Shown here piece after piece: positions 1-13,368 of a DNA stretch of 64,000 nucleotides. Within the stretch, counting starts at the first letter, position 1. Each line of letters starts with the position of its first letter. A program made the translations under genes and the position numbers. The stretch is from Scyliorhinus canicula (lineage: Eukaryota): positions 19,193,952 to 19,257,951 of the forward strand of contig NC_052171.1 in NCBI RefSeq assembly GCF_902713615.1. The letters run 5' to 3'. A model generated the notes under the pieces. It was not told where the DNA came from, ran no database searches, and was given only the letters and a program-made list of their open reading frames with translations.

Positions 1-121
1 GAAGTGTTGAGAATGCAGGAGGCAGTTGTGAATCTTAGCCACTGTCATGATGCAGGAATGTGATTAACACTGCAATGAAGTTACTTAAACTTATCCCCCA
101 GGTTCCAGCAGCCTTCATTTC

Positions 122-3100
122 TGGGAGCGGGAGAGAGAGAGGGAGCCAGAGTGCAGCTTGGGATTCAGGTAGGTGCTTAAGTGTTTTATTTTTACCTGTA
201 TTTAAGTTGGGTTGTTGCTAAACCCGAGACACTACACTTGTCGTGTCCCCCACCCTTCCACCTCCTCTAACCTAAGGGGGTGAGTGAATATCAGGTAAGC
301 TCTTTCTTTTCTTTTATCCGCAAGTTATCGAGAGGGGATAGCAGGGAAGGCAGTACAATGTTCCTCCTGCAGAATGTTTGAGGTGAGGGACGCCGTCGGT
401 GTCCCTGCTGATTTCACCTGTGGGAAGTGCACCCATCTCCAGCTCCTCAGAAACCATGTTAGGGAATTGGAGCTGGAGTTGGATGAACTTCAGATCATTC
501 GGTAGGCAGAGGTGGTCATAGATAGAAGCTTCAGGGATGTAGTTACTCTGAAGTATGTAGATAGAAGGGTGACGGTGAGAGGGGCTGGGAGGAAGCAGTC
601 AGTACAGGGATCCCCTGTGGTCGTTCCCCTCAGTAACCAGTATATCGGTTTGGATACTGTTGAGGGGGAACGGCCTCAGTGGTAAGCCACGGTGAACGGA
701 TCTCCAGCACTGAGTCCGTCCCTGTGGCTCAGAAGGGAAGGGAGGAGAGCAGGAGAATAATAGTTATTGGGGACTCGATAGTTAGAGGGACAGATAGACG
801 GTTCTGTGGCATCGAAGAGACTCACGGATGGTATGTTGCCTCCCGGGTGTGCCAGGGTCCGTGACGTCTCGGACCGTGCTTTCAGAATCCTTAAGGGGGA
901 GGGGGAAAAGTCACAAGTCGTGGTACACATCTGTAAACAACGACATAGGTAGAGAAGGGATGGGGATTTAAACAGGAATTTAGGGGGTGTAGGGTGGAAG
1001 CTGAGAGCCAGGACAAACATGTTGTCATCTCTGGTTTGTTGCCGGTGCCCGTGCTAGGGAGGTGAGGAACAGGGAGAGAGTGCAGATAAACACACGTGGC
1101 TGCAGGGATGGTGTAGGAGGGTAGGGTTCAGTACGTGGATAATTGGAGCACATTCTGGGGAAGGGGGAACCTGTACAGACAGGCCGGTTTGCACTGAACA
1201 GAGGGGCACCACTATCCTGGGAGGGAAATTTTGCTACGGCTCTCGGGGGGGGCGGGGGGGGGGGGGGGTTTTAAACTAATTTGGCCGGGGGCTGGGGGAA
1301 AACGAGCTGTAGTCCAGAAGCCAGTGTTGAGAGTAGTGAGGTACTGAGGAGGGTATCAAGGTCGCAGGAGTGTACCGGAAGACAGGAAGGTGGGTTGAAG
1401 TGTGTCTACTTCAATGCAAGGAGCATCCTGAATAAGGTAGGTGAACTTGGAGCGTGGATTGGTACTTGGGACTACCATGTTGTGGCCATTACGGAGACAT
1501 GGTTAGAATAGGTTGTTGGAAGTTCCTGGGTATAGATGTTTCAGTAAGAGTATGGAAGCTGGTAAAAGAGGTGAAGGAGTAGCATTATTAATTAAGGATA
1601 GTTTAACGGCTGCAGAAAGGCAGTTCGAAGGGGATCTGCCCACTGAGGTAATATGGGCTGAAGTTAAAATAGGAAAGGAGCGGTCACGTTGTGAGAGTTT
1701 TCTATCGACCGCCAAATAGTCATAGAGATGTGGGGACAAGACATTGCAAAGCAGCATTATGGATAGGTCTGGAGGTCTCAGGGTAGTTGTCATGGGTGAC
1801 GTTAACTTTACAGATATTGATGGAACTCTATGGTTCAAACAGTTCAGATGGGGCAGTTGTTGTACAGTTGTGCAGGAGGGTTTTCCTGACTCAATATGTG
1901 GATAGGCCAACAAGAGGTGGGGCCACATTGGATTTGGTACTGGGTAATGAGCTGGGCAAGTGTTAGATTGTTTGTGGGAGGCCACTTGGAGATAGTGACC
2001 ACAATTTGGTGGTCTTTTCACTATTGCAATGGAGAGGGATAGAGCCATAAGGCAGGGCAGGTTTATAATTGGGGGAGGGGTAATTCTGATGCGATAGGCA
2101 AGAATTAGGGAGCATAAGATGGGAACAGAAACTGTCAGGGAAAGGCACACATGAAAAGTGGAGCTTGTTCAAGGAACAAATACTGCATGTCCTTGATAGG
2201 TATGTCCCCGTCAGGCAGGGAGGAAATGGCCGTGTGAGGGAAACATCGTTCACAAAAGAGGTTGAATGTCTTGTTGAGGAAAAGGAAGCGTATGTAAGGA
2301 TGAGAAAACAAGGTTCAGTTGGGTTGCTTGTGGGGTAAGGTAGCAAGGGATGAGCAAAAAAGGGCTTAGGAGAGCTAGGAGGGACATGAGAAGTCCTTGG
2401 GGGTCGGATCAAGGAAAACCCCAAGGCTTTTTACTCTTATGTGAGAAATAAATAATGACCAGGGTGAGGTTAGGGCTGGTCAAGGACAGTCGTGGGAACT
2501 TGTGCATGGAGTCAGAAGAAATAGGAGAGGCTTTGAATGAATACTTTTCTTCAGTGTTCACCAATGAGAGGGACCATGTTTTTGAGGATGAGAGTGTGAT
2601 ACAGGCGGGTAGGCTGGAGGAGGTAGATGTTCTGAGGGAGGATGTATTAGCAATTTTGAAAACCTTAGGGTCGACAAGCCCCCTAGGCCGGATGGGATAT
2701 ACCCCAGGATTCTTGGGAGCAAGGGATTAGATTGTAGAGCCTTTGGCTTTGATCTTTGGGTCCTCACTGTCCACCGGGGATAGTTGCAGAGGACTGGCGA
2801 GTGGGCAAATGATGTTCCTCTGTTCAGAAAAGGAATAGAATGACCCCTGGTAATTCTGGCCGGTTAGTCTTACTTCGCGTGGTCGTGTTAATGGAAAAGT
2901 CCTGAAAGACTAGGATTTATGACCATTTGGAAAGATGCAGCTTAATCCGGGATAGTCAACACGGATTTGTGAAGGGTAAATCTCTGCCTCATAAATTTGA
3001 TCTGAATTCTTGAGGATGGTAACTAAGTGTGTTAGATACTAAGGTAGAGCAGTTGATGTCGTATACATGGCTTTTAGTAAGGCATTCGATAAGATTTCCC

Positions 3101-4160
3101 CCATGGTCGGCTCCTGAAGAACGTAAGGAGGTGTGGGATAGAGGGAAATTTGGCCCAATTGGATAAGTAACTGGCTAATCACATAGAAGACAGAGGGTGG
3201 TGGTGGATGGAAAATTTTCAGACTGGAGACCCAGTACGCAGTGTACCACAAGGATCAGTGCTGGGTCCTCTGCTATTTGTGATTTTTATCAATGACTTGG
3301 AGGAGGGGTCTGAAGGGTGGGTCAGTAAATTTGCTGATGACACCAGATTGGTGGAGTAGTGGATGGGGGTGGAGGGCTGTTGTTGGCTGCAAAGAGACAT
3401 TGATTGGATGCAGAGCTGGGCCGAAAAATGGCAGAAGGAGTTTAACCCTGATAAGTGCGAGGTAATTCATTTTGGTAGGAAAAATTTGAATGCGGATTAC
3501 AGGGTCAACGGCAGGGTTCTGAGGAATGTGGAGGAATCTTGAGGGAGATCTTGGGGTTCATGCCCACAGATCTCTGAAGGTTGCCACTCAAGTGGATAGA
3601 GCCGTAAAGAAGGCCTATAGTGTGTTAGCATTTATTAACGGGGGCTTGAGTTTAAGAGCCGTGGGGTTATGCTGCAACTATACATGACCCTGGTGAGACC
3701 ACATTTGGAGTATTGTGTGCAGTTCTGGTCATGTGGAAGGATGTGGAAGCATTGGAAATGGTGCAAAGGAGATTTACCAGGATGCTGCCTGGTTTGCAGG
3801 ATAGGTCTTGTGAGGAAAGGTTGAGGGAGCTAGGGCTTTTCTTTGGAGCGGAGGAGGATGAGAAGCGACTTTAAATAGAGGTTATAAAATGATGAGGGGG
3901 ATAGATAGAGTGGACGTTCAGAGACTATTTCCTCGTGTGGATGTAGCTATTACAAGGGGGCATAACTATAAGGTTCAGGGTGGGAGATATAGGAGGGATG
4001 TCCGAGGTAGGTTCTTTACTCAGAGAGGTGTGGAATGGACTGCCTGCTGTGATAGTGGAGTCGGACACTTTAGGAACTTTCAAGCGGTTATTGGATAGGC
4101 ACATGGAGCACACCACAATGACAGGGAATGGGATAGCTTGATCTTGGTTTCGGACAAAGT
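122..4160 (+). mobile_element. Duplicate copy of the same CR1 LINE
   Basis: Part of the 1-6422 duplication. Confidence 0.88.
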
Positions 4161-4954
4161 CCCTGTCCCTGTTCTCCCCGAGGGTAGAGAATTGAGAATG
4201 TCTAATTCACCTACAGCACGTCTTTCGGGCACTTCTGGGAGGAAACCCACGCAGGAACGGGCTGCACGTTCAGACTCCGCACAGGCCAGTGAATAAGCCG
4301 GGAATCGAACCTGGGACCCCCGGGGCTCTGTGACGTCCACGGTTGCTAACCACTGTGCTACCTTGCCTTGCACACACGGTGTCCTGCGCAGGGTCGAAAC
4401 AATGGCTTGCAATTGGCTAGTTCCTTCAGGGGAAGAAAATGCCCGAGTGGTGCAGGAAATGTCTGTCTGTTTGCACTTGTGTGAAACAGCTCGGGGCATT
4501 TTCTTCCCCTGAAGGACTAGCCAATTGCAAGCTACTGTTACCGATCCCACGCGCAGGACACCGTGTGTGCAAGCACGGTAACACGATGGTTGCCACAACC
4601 ATTCCATTTCCTGCACTGACAGGGCAGAGTCCCTTCACCCAGCCCTCAGTTGGAAAGTTGTTTTTTTTTTCCTTCTGCACGCCAATCATGTCAGTTTAAG
4701 GTTTTGTCACATTCAAGGTGTTCTTTTGCAAGTTGTCTGGATTGACATAATCTGAAAATGCCTGGCAGTGAATGGATTCCTTTTGGAAGGTTACTGGCTG
4801 GCTGTGAATGGATTCCTTTTGGAAGGTTACTGCCTGGCAGTGAATGGATTCCTTTTGGAAGGTTACTGCCTGGCTGTGAATGGATTCCTTTTGGAAGGTT
4901 ACGCCTTTGCTGCCACATTGAGGAGATGAAGAATGAGGGAAAGGGTTTTTTTAC

Positions 4955-5060
4955 TTGATTAAAGCTGGCGATGTAGACATTCACAAAGGTCGCCATAAGA
5001 TACTGGCAATCAAAGCGGTCCATGATGCCACCGTTGCCCCGGTCTGGTGTCAGCAAAGTC
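4955..5060 (-). pseudogene. CDS2: Frameshifted copy of CDS2 exon 12 inside the duplicated block
   Basis: [24 protein letters not shown] is present, but single-base insertions break the frame and the donor context is altered; likely sequencing error. Confidence 0.7.
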
Positions 5061-6422
5061 CTGCCAAGACAACAGTCTGCTTTGATCATGGGAACGCCAC
5101 ATTTCCTCGTATGCGCGCAACCGAGTGTCGCTGGACAGATGTTTCAACAAGGTCACCTGTCATTCTTCGAAATTCCCAGAGGCTGATCAATGTTTGGAGA
5201 AGCGGAGAGAGTTGCGACGGAACAGTATCTGACTGAGGATACAGGTCGCAGAACATCCCTGAGGAAGAGTCTTCTCATCGAGGTCATAATAAGCACAAGT
5301 GAGGGTTGCATATCACAAAGGCTGTGGAGCAAGTGGAAATGATAAGCAGAGGTCTGAGAACTCCTGCCCAGCAGCAAGGTGGTGAATGGAAATGGGACGG
5401 TCAATTACGTTAAGACACAAAGGTGAAGGAGGTTGCTTCATCCGTACTTGCAGAAATACTCGCTGAGAGAGAGATTACTCAGTATCCCTTGCTCTTTTGA
5501 TTTATCCCTTACTTTAATTTAATTGGTTGGTTCAAACGCACATGGTACAGAGCGAGATTCTCATAGACTTTACAGTGCAGAAGGAGGCCATTCGGCCCAT
5601 CGAGTCTGCACGGGCTCTTGGAAAGAGCACCCACCCAAGCGTCAACACCTCCACCCTACCCCATAACCCAGTAACCCCACCCAACATAAGGGCAATTTTG
5701 GACACTAAGGTACAATTTATCATGGCCACTCACCTAACCTGCACATCCTTGTGACTGTGGGAGGAAACGGAGCACCCGGAGGAAACACACGCACACATCG
5801 GGGAGGATGTGCAGACTCCGCACAGACAGCGACCCAACACCGGAATCGAACTGGGACCCTGGAGCTGTGAAGCGATTGTGCTATCCACAATGCTACCGTG
5901 CTGCATGGGTGGGTCACAAAGCAGGCTTTTTGCAATGCTGTGCTCTCCAAATAAACCTCCTGTCACGAGAACTATCTCTGTCCCGTATCACGTTCATCAA
6001 CAGGCTGGGATCCAATATCAGTCACATTATTCCCACTGTCAGTTTTGCCGAACATTAGGATTGGAATAAGTTATGTAATTTGTTCTTTCGGAGGGGAACA
6101 TGGCCGTCACTGGCTTGGTCAGCATCTGTTGCCCATCCCTATTTGCCCTTTGAGAAAGTGGTGGTGGTGAACCGCCTTGGTCCCGCAGCAGTCCATATGG
6201 TGTAGGTACACCAACCGTGCAGTGAGAGAGGAAGTTCCGGGATTTTGACCCAGCAACAGTGAAGGAACGGAGATACATTTCCAAGCTGGGACGGTGCTAT
6301 TTTGAGGGATTTTAGACAACCCAATTAATTTTTTCCAATTAAGGGGTAATTTAGCGTGACCAATCCACCTACCCTGCACACCTTTTGGGTTGTGGGGTGA
6401 GACCCACGCAGACATGGGGAGA

Positions 6423-6522
6423 NNNNNNNNNNNNNNNNNNNNNNNNNNNNNNNNNNNNNNNNNNNNNNNNNNNNNNNNNNNNNNNNNNNNNNNNNNNNNN
6501 NNNNNNNNNNNNNNNNNNNNNN
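6423..6522. other. Assembly gap (100 N)
   Basis: Run of N, flanked on both sides by SINE sequence. Confidence 1.
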
Positions 6523-6740
6523 ACGGTGGCGCAGTGGGTTAGCACTGCAGCCTCACGGCGCTGAGGTCCCAGGTTCGATCCCGGCTCTGGGTCACTGTCC
6601 GTGTGGAGTTTGCACATTCTCCCCATGTTTGCGTGGGTTTCGCCCCCACAACCCAAAGATGTGCAGGCTAGGTGGATTGGCCACACTAAATTGCCCCTTA
6701 ATTGGAAAATATTAATTGGGTACTCTAAATTTTAAAAGAC
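6523..6740 (+). mobile_element. Short V-SINE variant ending in an A-rich tail
   Basis: tRNA-like head, internally shortened V-domain; sister copies at 18410-18597(-), 29248-29463(-), 48825-49047(-), 60658-60870(+). Confidence 0.85.
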
Positions 6741-6934
6741 CAAAAAAAACATCAGGACCACTTTGTGGCGTTTTGACAAGACTATCCAGAGAAAGCTGAG
6801 CCGTGATTGTGCGAAGTCAGCAGGCTTGCTCCCCCTGAAGGACGTGAGTCAACCAGTTGCCTTTTGAAGGCAAGATTGCAGCTTCGTAGCTGCTAAAGAA
6901 ATAGAAGGCTACTTTGTCATTTAATAAGGTTCTT

Positions 6935-6940
6935 TTTATT
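6935..6940 (-). terminator. Candidate CDS2 distal poly(A) signal AATAAA (ATTAAA also at 6920-6925)
   Basis: Hexamer at the end of an AT-rich, TE-poor tract running downstream of the CDS2 stop; no transcript evidence. Confidence 0.5.
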
Positions 6941-7664
6941 TGCAACATATATAAATATTTTGGCCACTTTAACACCAAATACATATATATGTGTATAATA
7001 TATATATATATCACACACATACACCAAGGTTGACACATTCAATACAAAAACAAGCACATATACATTAATACAAGGCAGCAGGATCACTTGAACTGAATAA
7101 TTCATACTTGACACACACTCACAAAGAAGCATTAACAAAATAAACAATTTACTCAACTACTTTACCTAATGTATTACTCCATCTGTAATCTGACTAGTTC
7201 GAAGGTAATGCTGTGCCCCTGACCAATGAAGCATTTCAATATTATTGCAAATTCCTTCATCTGAACATGTTCTAAATGGGCATACCCTTTTTTTTTTTTA
7301 CTCCCGTATCTGCTTGTTTTAGTTGATAATTCGCAAATCAGACTCGAAACGCAGCTCACTTTTTCACACAGCTCACGTTTGAGGTTGGGGAGTGGTCTCT
7401 GGTATCAGTATGGGGGATACATTCTCCCAGCTCTGCCCTGTTCATTTTGGATTCTGGTGGCATCTCGGGGGTTCTGCCTGTCCCTAACCCGCACCCATCT
7501 CTGTCTACCTGTCTCCAACCCCTTCCTGCCTGACTCAAGTGTGCATCATTGCCAAAAGCCCTGCTCTCTGGGCAGCCACGGTGACCAATGGAGGGTGGGG
7601 GGGTTGTCTGATCAGAGACTTTACTGCTGGAAATGGACAAGCATAATCCACTCTCCATTTTAAT

Positions 7665-7822
7665 TGAATTGAAATGAAATGAAAATCGCTGATTGTCACG
7701 AGGAGGCTTCAAATGAAGTTACTGCGAAACGCCCCTCGTCGCCACATTCCGGCGCCTGTTCGGGGAGGCTGGTACGGGAATTGAAACGTGTTGCTTTCAA
7801 AGCCAGCGATTTAGCCCCGTGT
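7665..7822 (-). mobile_element. Second SINE family copy
   Basis: Reverse-complement similarity to 61628-61806. Confidence 0.75.
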
Positions 7823-10800
7823 CATCAGTGGGACATCAGCTGCGGCATCCCAGAAGTTAATTCATTGTAGCGTGTCTGGAATTGATGCTGGGCAATTCTG
7901 TTCACGCTGGCAATCCACGAAGAAAATGAAGAAATAATTTGGTTGCGTCCAATCTAATTTGGACGTTAATTTGATGCCGTACTTTTTGCCCAGGGTGCAC
8001 CAGGATTCTTGTCTGCTTGTGCTTTGGGCCTCAGAATGAGTTAGAATCCTTCCTGAGCCAATTTAACTCATTTACTGTTTTTAACGGTCGTTTAAAAATA
8101 ATACAAACGGTAAATAAACTGAGTGTTCTCAACCAGAGGTGCCAAAGAAAGCAGCGTTAGAGCTCCCCCAGGTCAGGCAGACACAGCATTTACTTTATGC
8201 CTTCGTGTAATGTACGTCAGACAATAGTGCATGGACTTTGTTCAAGGAATTGAAACGCGTCACAGAGTTTCCGCAGAACAGACGGGAACACCGCATTCCC
8301 AAACTTTGAACGAACACAATCCCTGAAAGCTCCCTCACACCCACAACCTTTTCCCGATCAGACATTTTTGCTTTTTAAGAGATGCTCGATTAATTGAATT
8401 CAAAAAGATTGAAGGCCATCCACTATTGCTGCACCGATTCTTGTGGGCATCTCTCACAGCGTCTATGTTGGGGTAGGAGCAGTGCACGAGGAATGGGGGG
8501 AGGGTACGGGGAAGAATCATGTCACTGCAAGGCGCAGAGCCTCGTCAGCAGGTATCACAGGCAGCAAAGAGGATGCTGATGTGTTTCAGGTTGCTGTGCT
8601 GCCATGCACAGGTCACCTGTCTTCACAATTGCGGGCCAGTGTGTGACTGGAGTACACCCCGACAAGGCCGGGTGCAGTGTGCCTCATGATGACCAGGTTA
8701 CAGTGAGAACCTGCAGAGAGTTTGAAATTCCCTTTTTGCCATTAGCCCGTGGCTTGGTGGCGTCACTATGTTGAAACAGCTCGTCCTATGAGAAGAGCCC
8801 AGGTGCCAGAGGCAGCTGAACTACTTGTTCATTTGCCTCCGGTTGCTGATGGGGTTCGGACGAGCGCCACAGGCTGACTCGAAAGGGTTAATGTGTCCCA
8901 GTGAAGGTGCAGCTGTGGTGCAAGACCAGTTGATAATATATAAACTAGACAACTAATGCAGACTACGAAATACACCTTGCCAGGCATTACATTGGTTTCA
9001 AACAAGGATTTCAGTTCAGCGGTAAGAAGATTTATCTTTTGAGTTTGTTACTGACAGTGCTTTTATAATAGACCAATCTGAACACTGTAACAACTCTGTC
9101 CTTCATTAAGCTCCCTCTCCCAAAAAAAACCTCTTTCAAGAACTGATGTCTTCACATTGTCATTTTCCCCACAACCAAAAAAGATTGTTTTCGGTGTGTT
9201 TTTGAACAATTGTTGGAATTGTGACATTGCGGAATCTTCAGCTCTGCGAAACGTGCAGCTAAGCTGATCACTTTACAAACTAAATGCCAAACTTCCTCAA
9301 AACTAATTCCTGTGGACTTGTGACGATGAATCTTCCACCAACCAGGAAAGCAAACATATCATAACATGTCAAATAATAATTCACGGTGTACGGAAGGAAA
9401 GATGCTGAATGTCTTTGTGTTGGAATGCAGAAAACCTTCTAATTAACCTCACAAGGGTGATGGGGAATCTCATTCGGACTAACTAAGGGTATCAAGGGAA
9501 GGTGACTGCAGCAACGTGCCGTGGGAAGATTGACCTATTCATGCATTAATCCATCAGCATTGGCGATGCCAACACATGACCAGGGTTCCATCAACTCCCT
9601 GTTTGGTGCTCAAGCAGGAATCGGCTCCAGGTCTGGTGACCAGCCAGAGGCATTTCAAGAATTCCAGAGACTGCAGATCTCCGGAATTTCCTTTTATGGA
9701 GTTGTTCCACGGTCTCGAGGAATTTTAGAGAGCTGGCCGTAGCCCTGATCAGAGTGCTTTAAACATGACACGACGGCAGCTTTCTCAGCCGGTCTCGGTC
9801 AGGATTTACATGGAGCTGGAAGAAGCTGCCAGTGTCACCTTTTATCCAAGACATTTTTCATTTCCATCAGTTCCAAACCGACATCATTTCTGTCTTTGGC
9901 AAGTCTGGAAAATACCTGACTGGTCAGGCACGAATATTATTGCAGTGAGATGGCCGAACTGATGGCAAGTGGCAGCATCGCAGGCTGGAAGTGTCCCACA
10001 TTAACTGTGCACATGAGGATACCTGCAGTCACTAGGTTTGCTGTGCATGTTTCCTTCATCACTTCCCCAAACACCAAATTAATACAGCAGGACGACTAAT
10101 GTCCAGAATGTAACAAAGCACAAAAATAAGCCAGTGGGAGCGAGCGCTGACAGGAGATGCTAATTTGTGAGTTAGGATATCACAACTTGACCCAGTTTGG
10201 CACCTGGATTTATTACGCATGGCGCATGAACCCTCAGGTAGTCTCCAGAGCAGGGGTGTGTGTGCTTTTCATCGTTCACAAGCGGACCCTGTCCGTTTTA
10301 CGCGATTGTCAACACAGAATTTGTGGAGTTTATTTGTTGCCGTGAAATGACCTTTCACAGCGATGACGAAGCGGAGTGCTGCGAATTGACTGACACTCGG
10401 GTACCTGAAATCCTGAGTACCCATCAACCGGGGGAGGGAGGTTGGGAATGGGGGGGGGGTTTGTTGGACCTGCAGCAGGCTACAAGTGATCCACGCTCCA
10501 ACAGGCACATTGCAATGAATCGTGTTGGCCTTGGATGAGAGTGCAGAAGATGAGACAGCTCCTGGTAACCATCCAGCATGTAGGTGCCAGCACGTGGAGT
10601 GGGGGATGGGGGGGGGGGGGGGGGGGGGGGGGGGGTGTTGATCTTTGCTGTGTATCCAAGCAGGCTGAGGAAGAGAAAAATCTCGAAAGCTAAGATAACG
10701 GAGGATGCCTGCAACTCCTGGAACCGGCCCAGAAAAGGCGTCAACTGGAGTGAATTGAATTGGCTGCTCAGCAGGTTCCATGGCAAGGTTTGAGTGACGT

Positions 10801-11801
10801 ATCAGCTAAGGGTAACAGCTGAAAACTAAAAAGCTACCCTCCTGATGATACACCCTTTCTCGGTAAACTTCTATAAAAGTTCAGATTTACTTTCGTAACT
10901 GAGATGCGTGGAACAGAGATATCTATCTTGAAGTCTGTGGAAATCTGAAAAGAAATGGACAATGCTTTTGACAGTGCCTCACCATCATTCAGCCCATCAG
11001 GTTATCAGCTTCAGTAACTTGTGACAAATGACGTGCCATCTGAGGCATTGCACAAGGTTCTGGGATCGCCCCGTCCCCTCCGTCTCTCCCAGTCTCTACC
11101 CACTAGAATTCAGTGTAAAATTCAAGGTTCTAACTTCCTTCAGCTGCCACAACAAGCCCGACGAATGTAAATGTAAAACCTGATGCCCCCCCCCCCCACC
11201 ACCACTCCCCAAAAGTTGACATGGCCTGCGCGACAGCAAATTCTACATCTAATCTACCCGAAGCATACACTCTGGCTAAGGGGGCGAGTAATCGTGGAGG
11301 ATAAATCAGCTGGACCTCGGACACAAGATGCTGGAAGTGGTGCCGAAGAGGCTCGGGGTCGGTATTCCACTCGGACGATTGTGTCCATGATCTCGGCGCA
11401 GTTTCGGGTTCTGCCTCACGACTCTGCAATTGCTGTGCTTTGCAAATAGCAAGGGGTGAATCATTTTGTGTGTTTTTTTTAATTTAAAAAAAGCAACTTG
11501 TGCGCGTGGGTGCGATGGTTAATCATAGGCTCAGCACATCAACGGACATTAGGGACTGTAACTTTGTGTACTAATGGGCTGAAGCCCCATGATTAAACTC
11601 GTGCCTACTTACTAATTATTGCATCAAACGGTGCGTGAGGAATGTTTTGTTTTTGAAGGGATCTGGACCCTCTTGGCGACGTAAGGAAATTGCTGGTCGC
11701 AAAGCCAGCTTGGGTGCACGCTGCGTTCGAGGGCAAGGTCACGGGCCGGATTCGGTTCCGAGGCTGTTTTGGCTGCGACCGCTTCACTGAACTCGCCAGT
11801 C

Positions 11802-11925
11802 CTACGCCCCGGTTGTCAGTACCCCCTTCTGGATCAGGCTGGCCTTCAGACTCTTGAATATCTGAAGTTGCTGGTCGATGCGCAGGGCCAGGAGCTGCTG
11901 CAACAGTTTGGCGGGATTTGGGCCC
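11802..11925 (-). CDS. CDS2: CDS2 exon 13, last coding exon ([40 protein letters not shown])
   Basis: cctag| acceptor, 124 nt to TAG. Confidence 0.94.
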
Positions 11926-13327
11926 CTAGGAAGAATCAGAGGCACAGAGAGACACTTCAGTACAGAGCCGTTCTAAACCCCACCACCACAGGAACTCACT
12001 GCAGTTGCACTCGCCCACGGGGTGAGGCAGAAGAGTTGAATTTATGTAGCACCTTACTTGCACAATATCAGGACTTTAGGAAGTGTTGAGAATGCAGGAG
12101 GCAGTTGTGAATCTTAGCCACTGTCATGGTGCAGGAATGTGATTAACACTGCAATGAAGTTGCTTAAACTTATCCCCCAGGTTCCAGCAGCCTTCATTTC
12201 TGGGAGCGGGAGAGAGAGAGGGAGCCGGAGTGCAGCTTGGGATTCAGGTAGGTGCTTAAGTGTTTTATTTTTACCTGTATTTAAGTTGGGTTGTTGCTAA
12301 ACCCGAGACACTACACTTGTCGTGTCCCCCACCCTTCCACCTCCTCTAACCTAAGGGGGTGAGTGAATATCAGGTAAGCTCTTTCTTTTCTTTTATCCGC
12401 AAGTTATCGAGAGGGGATAGCAGGGAAGGCAGTACAATGTTCCTCCTGCAGAATGTTTGAGGTGAGGGACGCCGTCGGTGTCCCTGCTGATTTCACCTGT
12501 GGGAAGTGCACCCATCTCCAGCTCCTCAGAAACCGTGTTAGGGAATTGGAGCTGGAGTTGGATGAACTTCGGATCATTCGGTAGGCAGAGGTGGTCATAG
12601 ATAGAAGCTTCAGGGATGTAGTTACTCCGAAGTATGTAGATAGAAGGGTGACGGTGAGAGGGGCTGGGAGGAAGCAGTCAGTACAGGGATCCCCTGTGGT
12701 CGTTCCCCTCAGTAACAAGTATATCGGTTTGGATACTGTTGAGGGGGAACGGCCTATCAGTGGTAAGACACGGTGAACGGATCTCCAGCACTGAGTCCGT
12801 CCCTGTGGCTCAGAAGGGAAGGGAGGAGAGCAGGAGAATAATAGTTATTGGGGACTCGATAGTTAGAGGGACAGATAGACGGTTCTGTGGCATCGAAAGA
12901 GACTCACGGATGGTATGTTGCCTCCCGGGTGCCAGGGTCCGTGACGTCTCGGACCGTGCTTTCAGAATCCTTAAGGGGGAGGGGGAAAAGTCACAAGTCG
13001 TGGTACACATCGGTACCAACGACATAGGTAAGAGAAGGGATGGGGATTTAAAACAGGAATTTAGGGGGTTAGGGTGGAAGCTGAGAGCCAGGACAAACCA
13101 TGTTGTCATCTCTGGTTTGTTGCCGGTGCCACGTGCTAGCGAGTTGAGGAACAGGGAGAGAGTGCAGATAAACACGTGGCTGCAGGGATGGTGTAGGGAG
13201 GGAGGGTTTCAGTAACGTGGATAATTGGAGCACATTCTGGGGAAGGTGGGACCTGTACAGACAGGACGGTTTGCACCTGAACCAGAGGGGCACCAATATC
13301 CTGGGAGGGAAATTTGCTACGGCTCTT

Positions 13328-13368
<41 letters not shown>

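Larger units (their letters stand above)
1..6422 (+). repeat. Direct duplicate of 12080-18514 (probable assembly artefact)
   Basis: Colinear near-identity across LINE, SINEs, minisatellite and CDS2 exon 12, with many 1-bp indels; ends at an N gap. Confidence 0.92.

Noticed and set aside
4955-5060. Second CDS gene or alternative downstream exon
   Set aside because: Lies in an error-rich duplicate next to a gap and is frameshifted
12739-13215. Stand-alone or horizontally acquired GDSL/SGNH esterase gene
   Set aside because: It is the known esterase domain of CR1 ORF1, here disrupted
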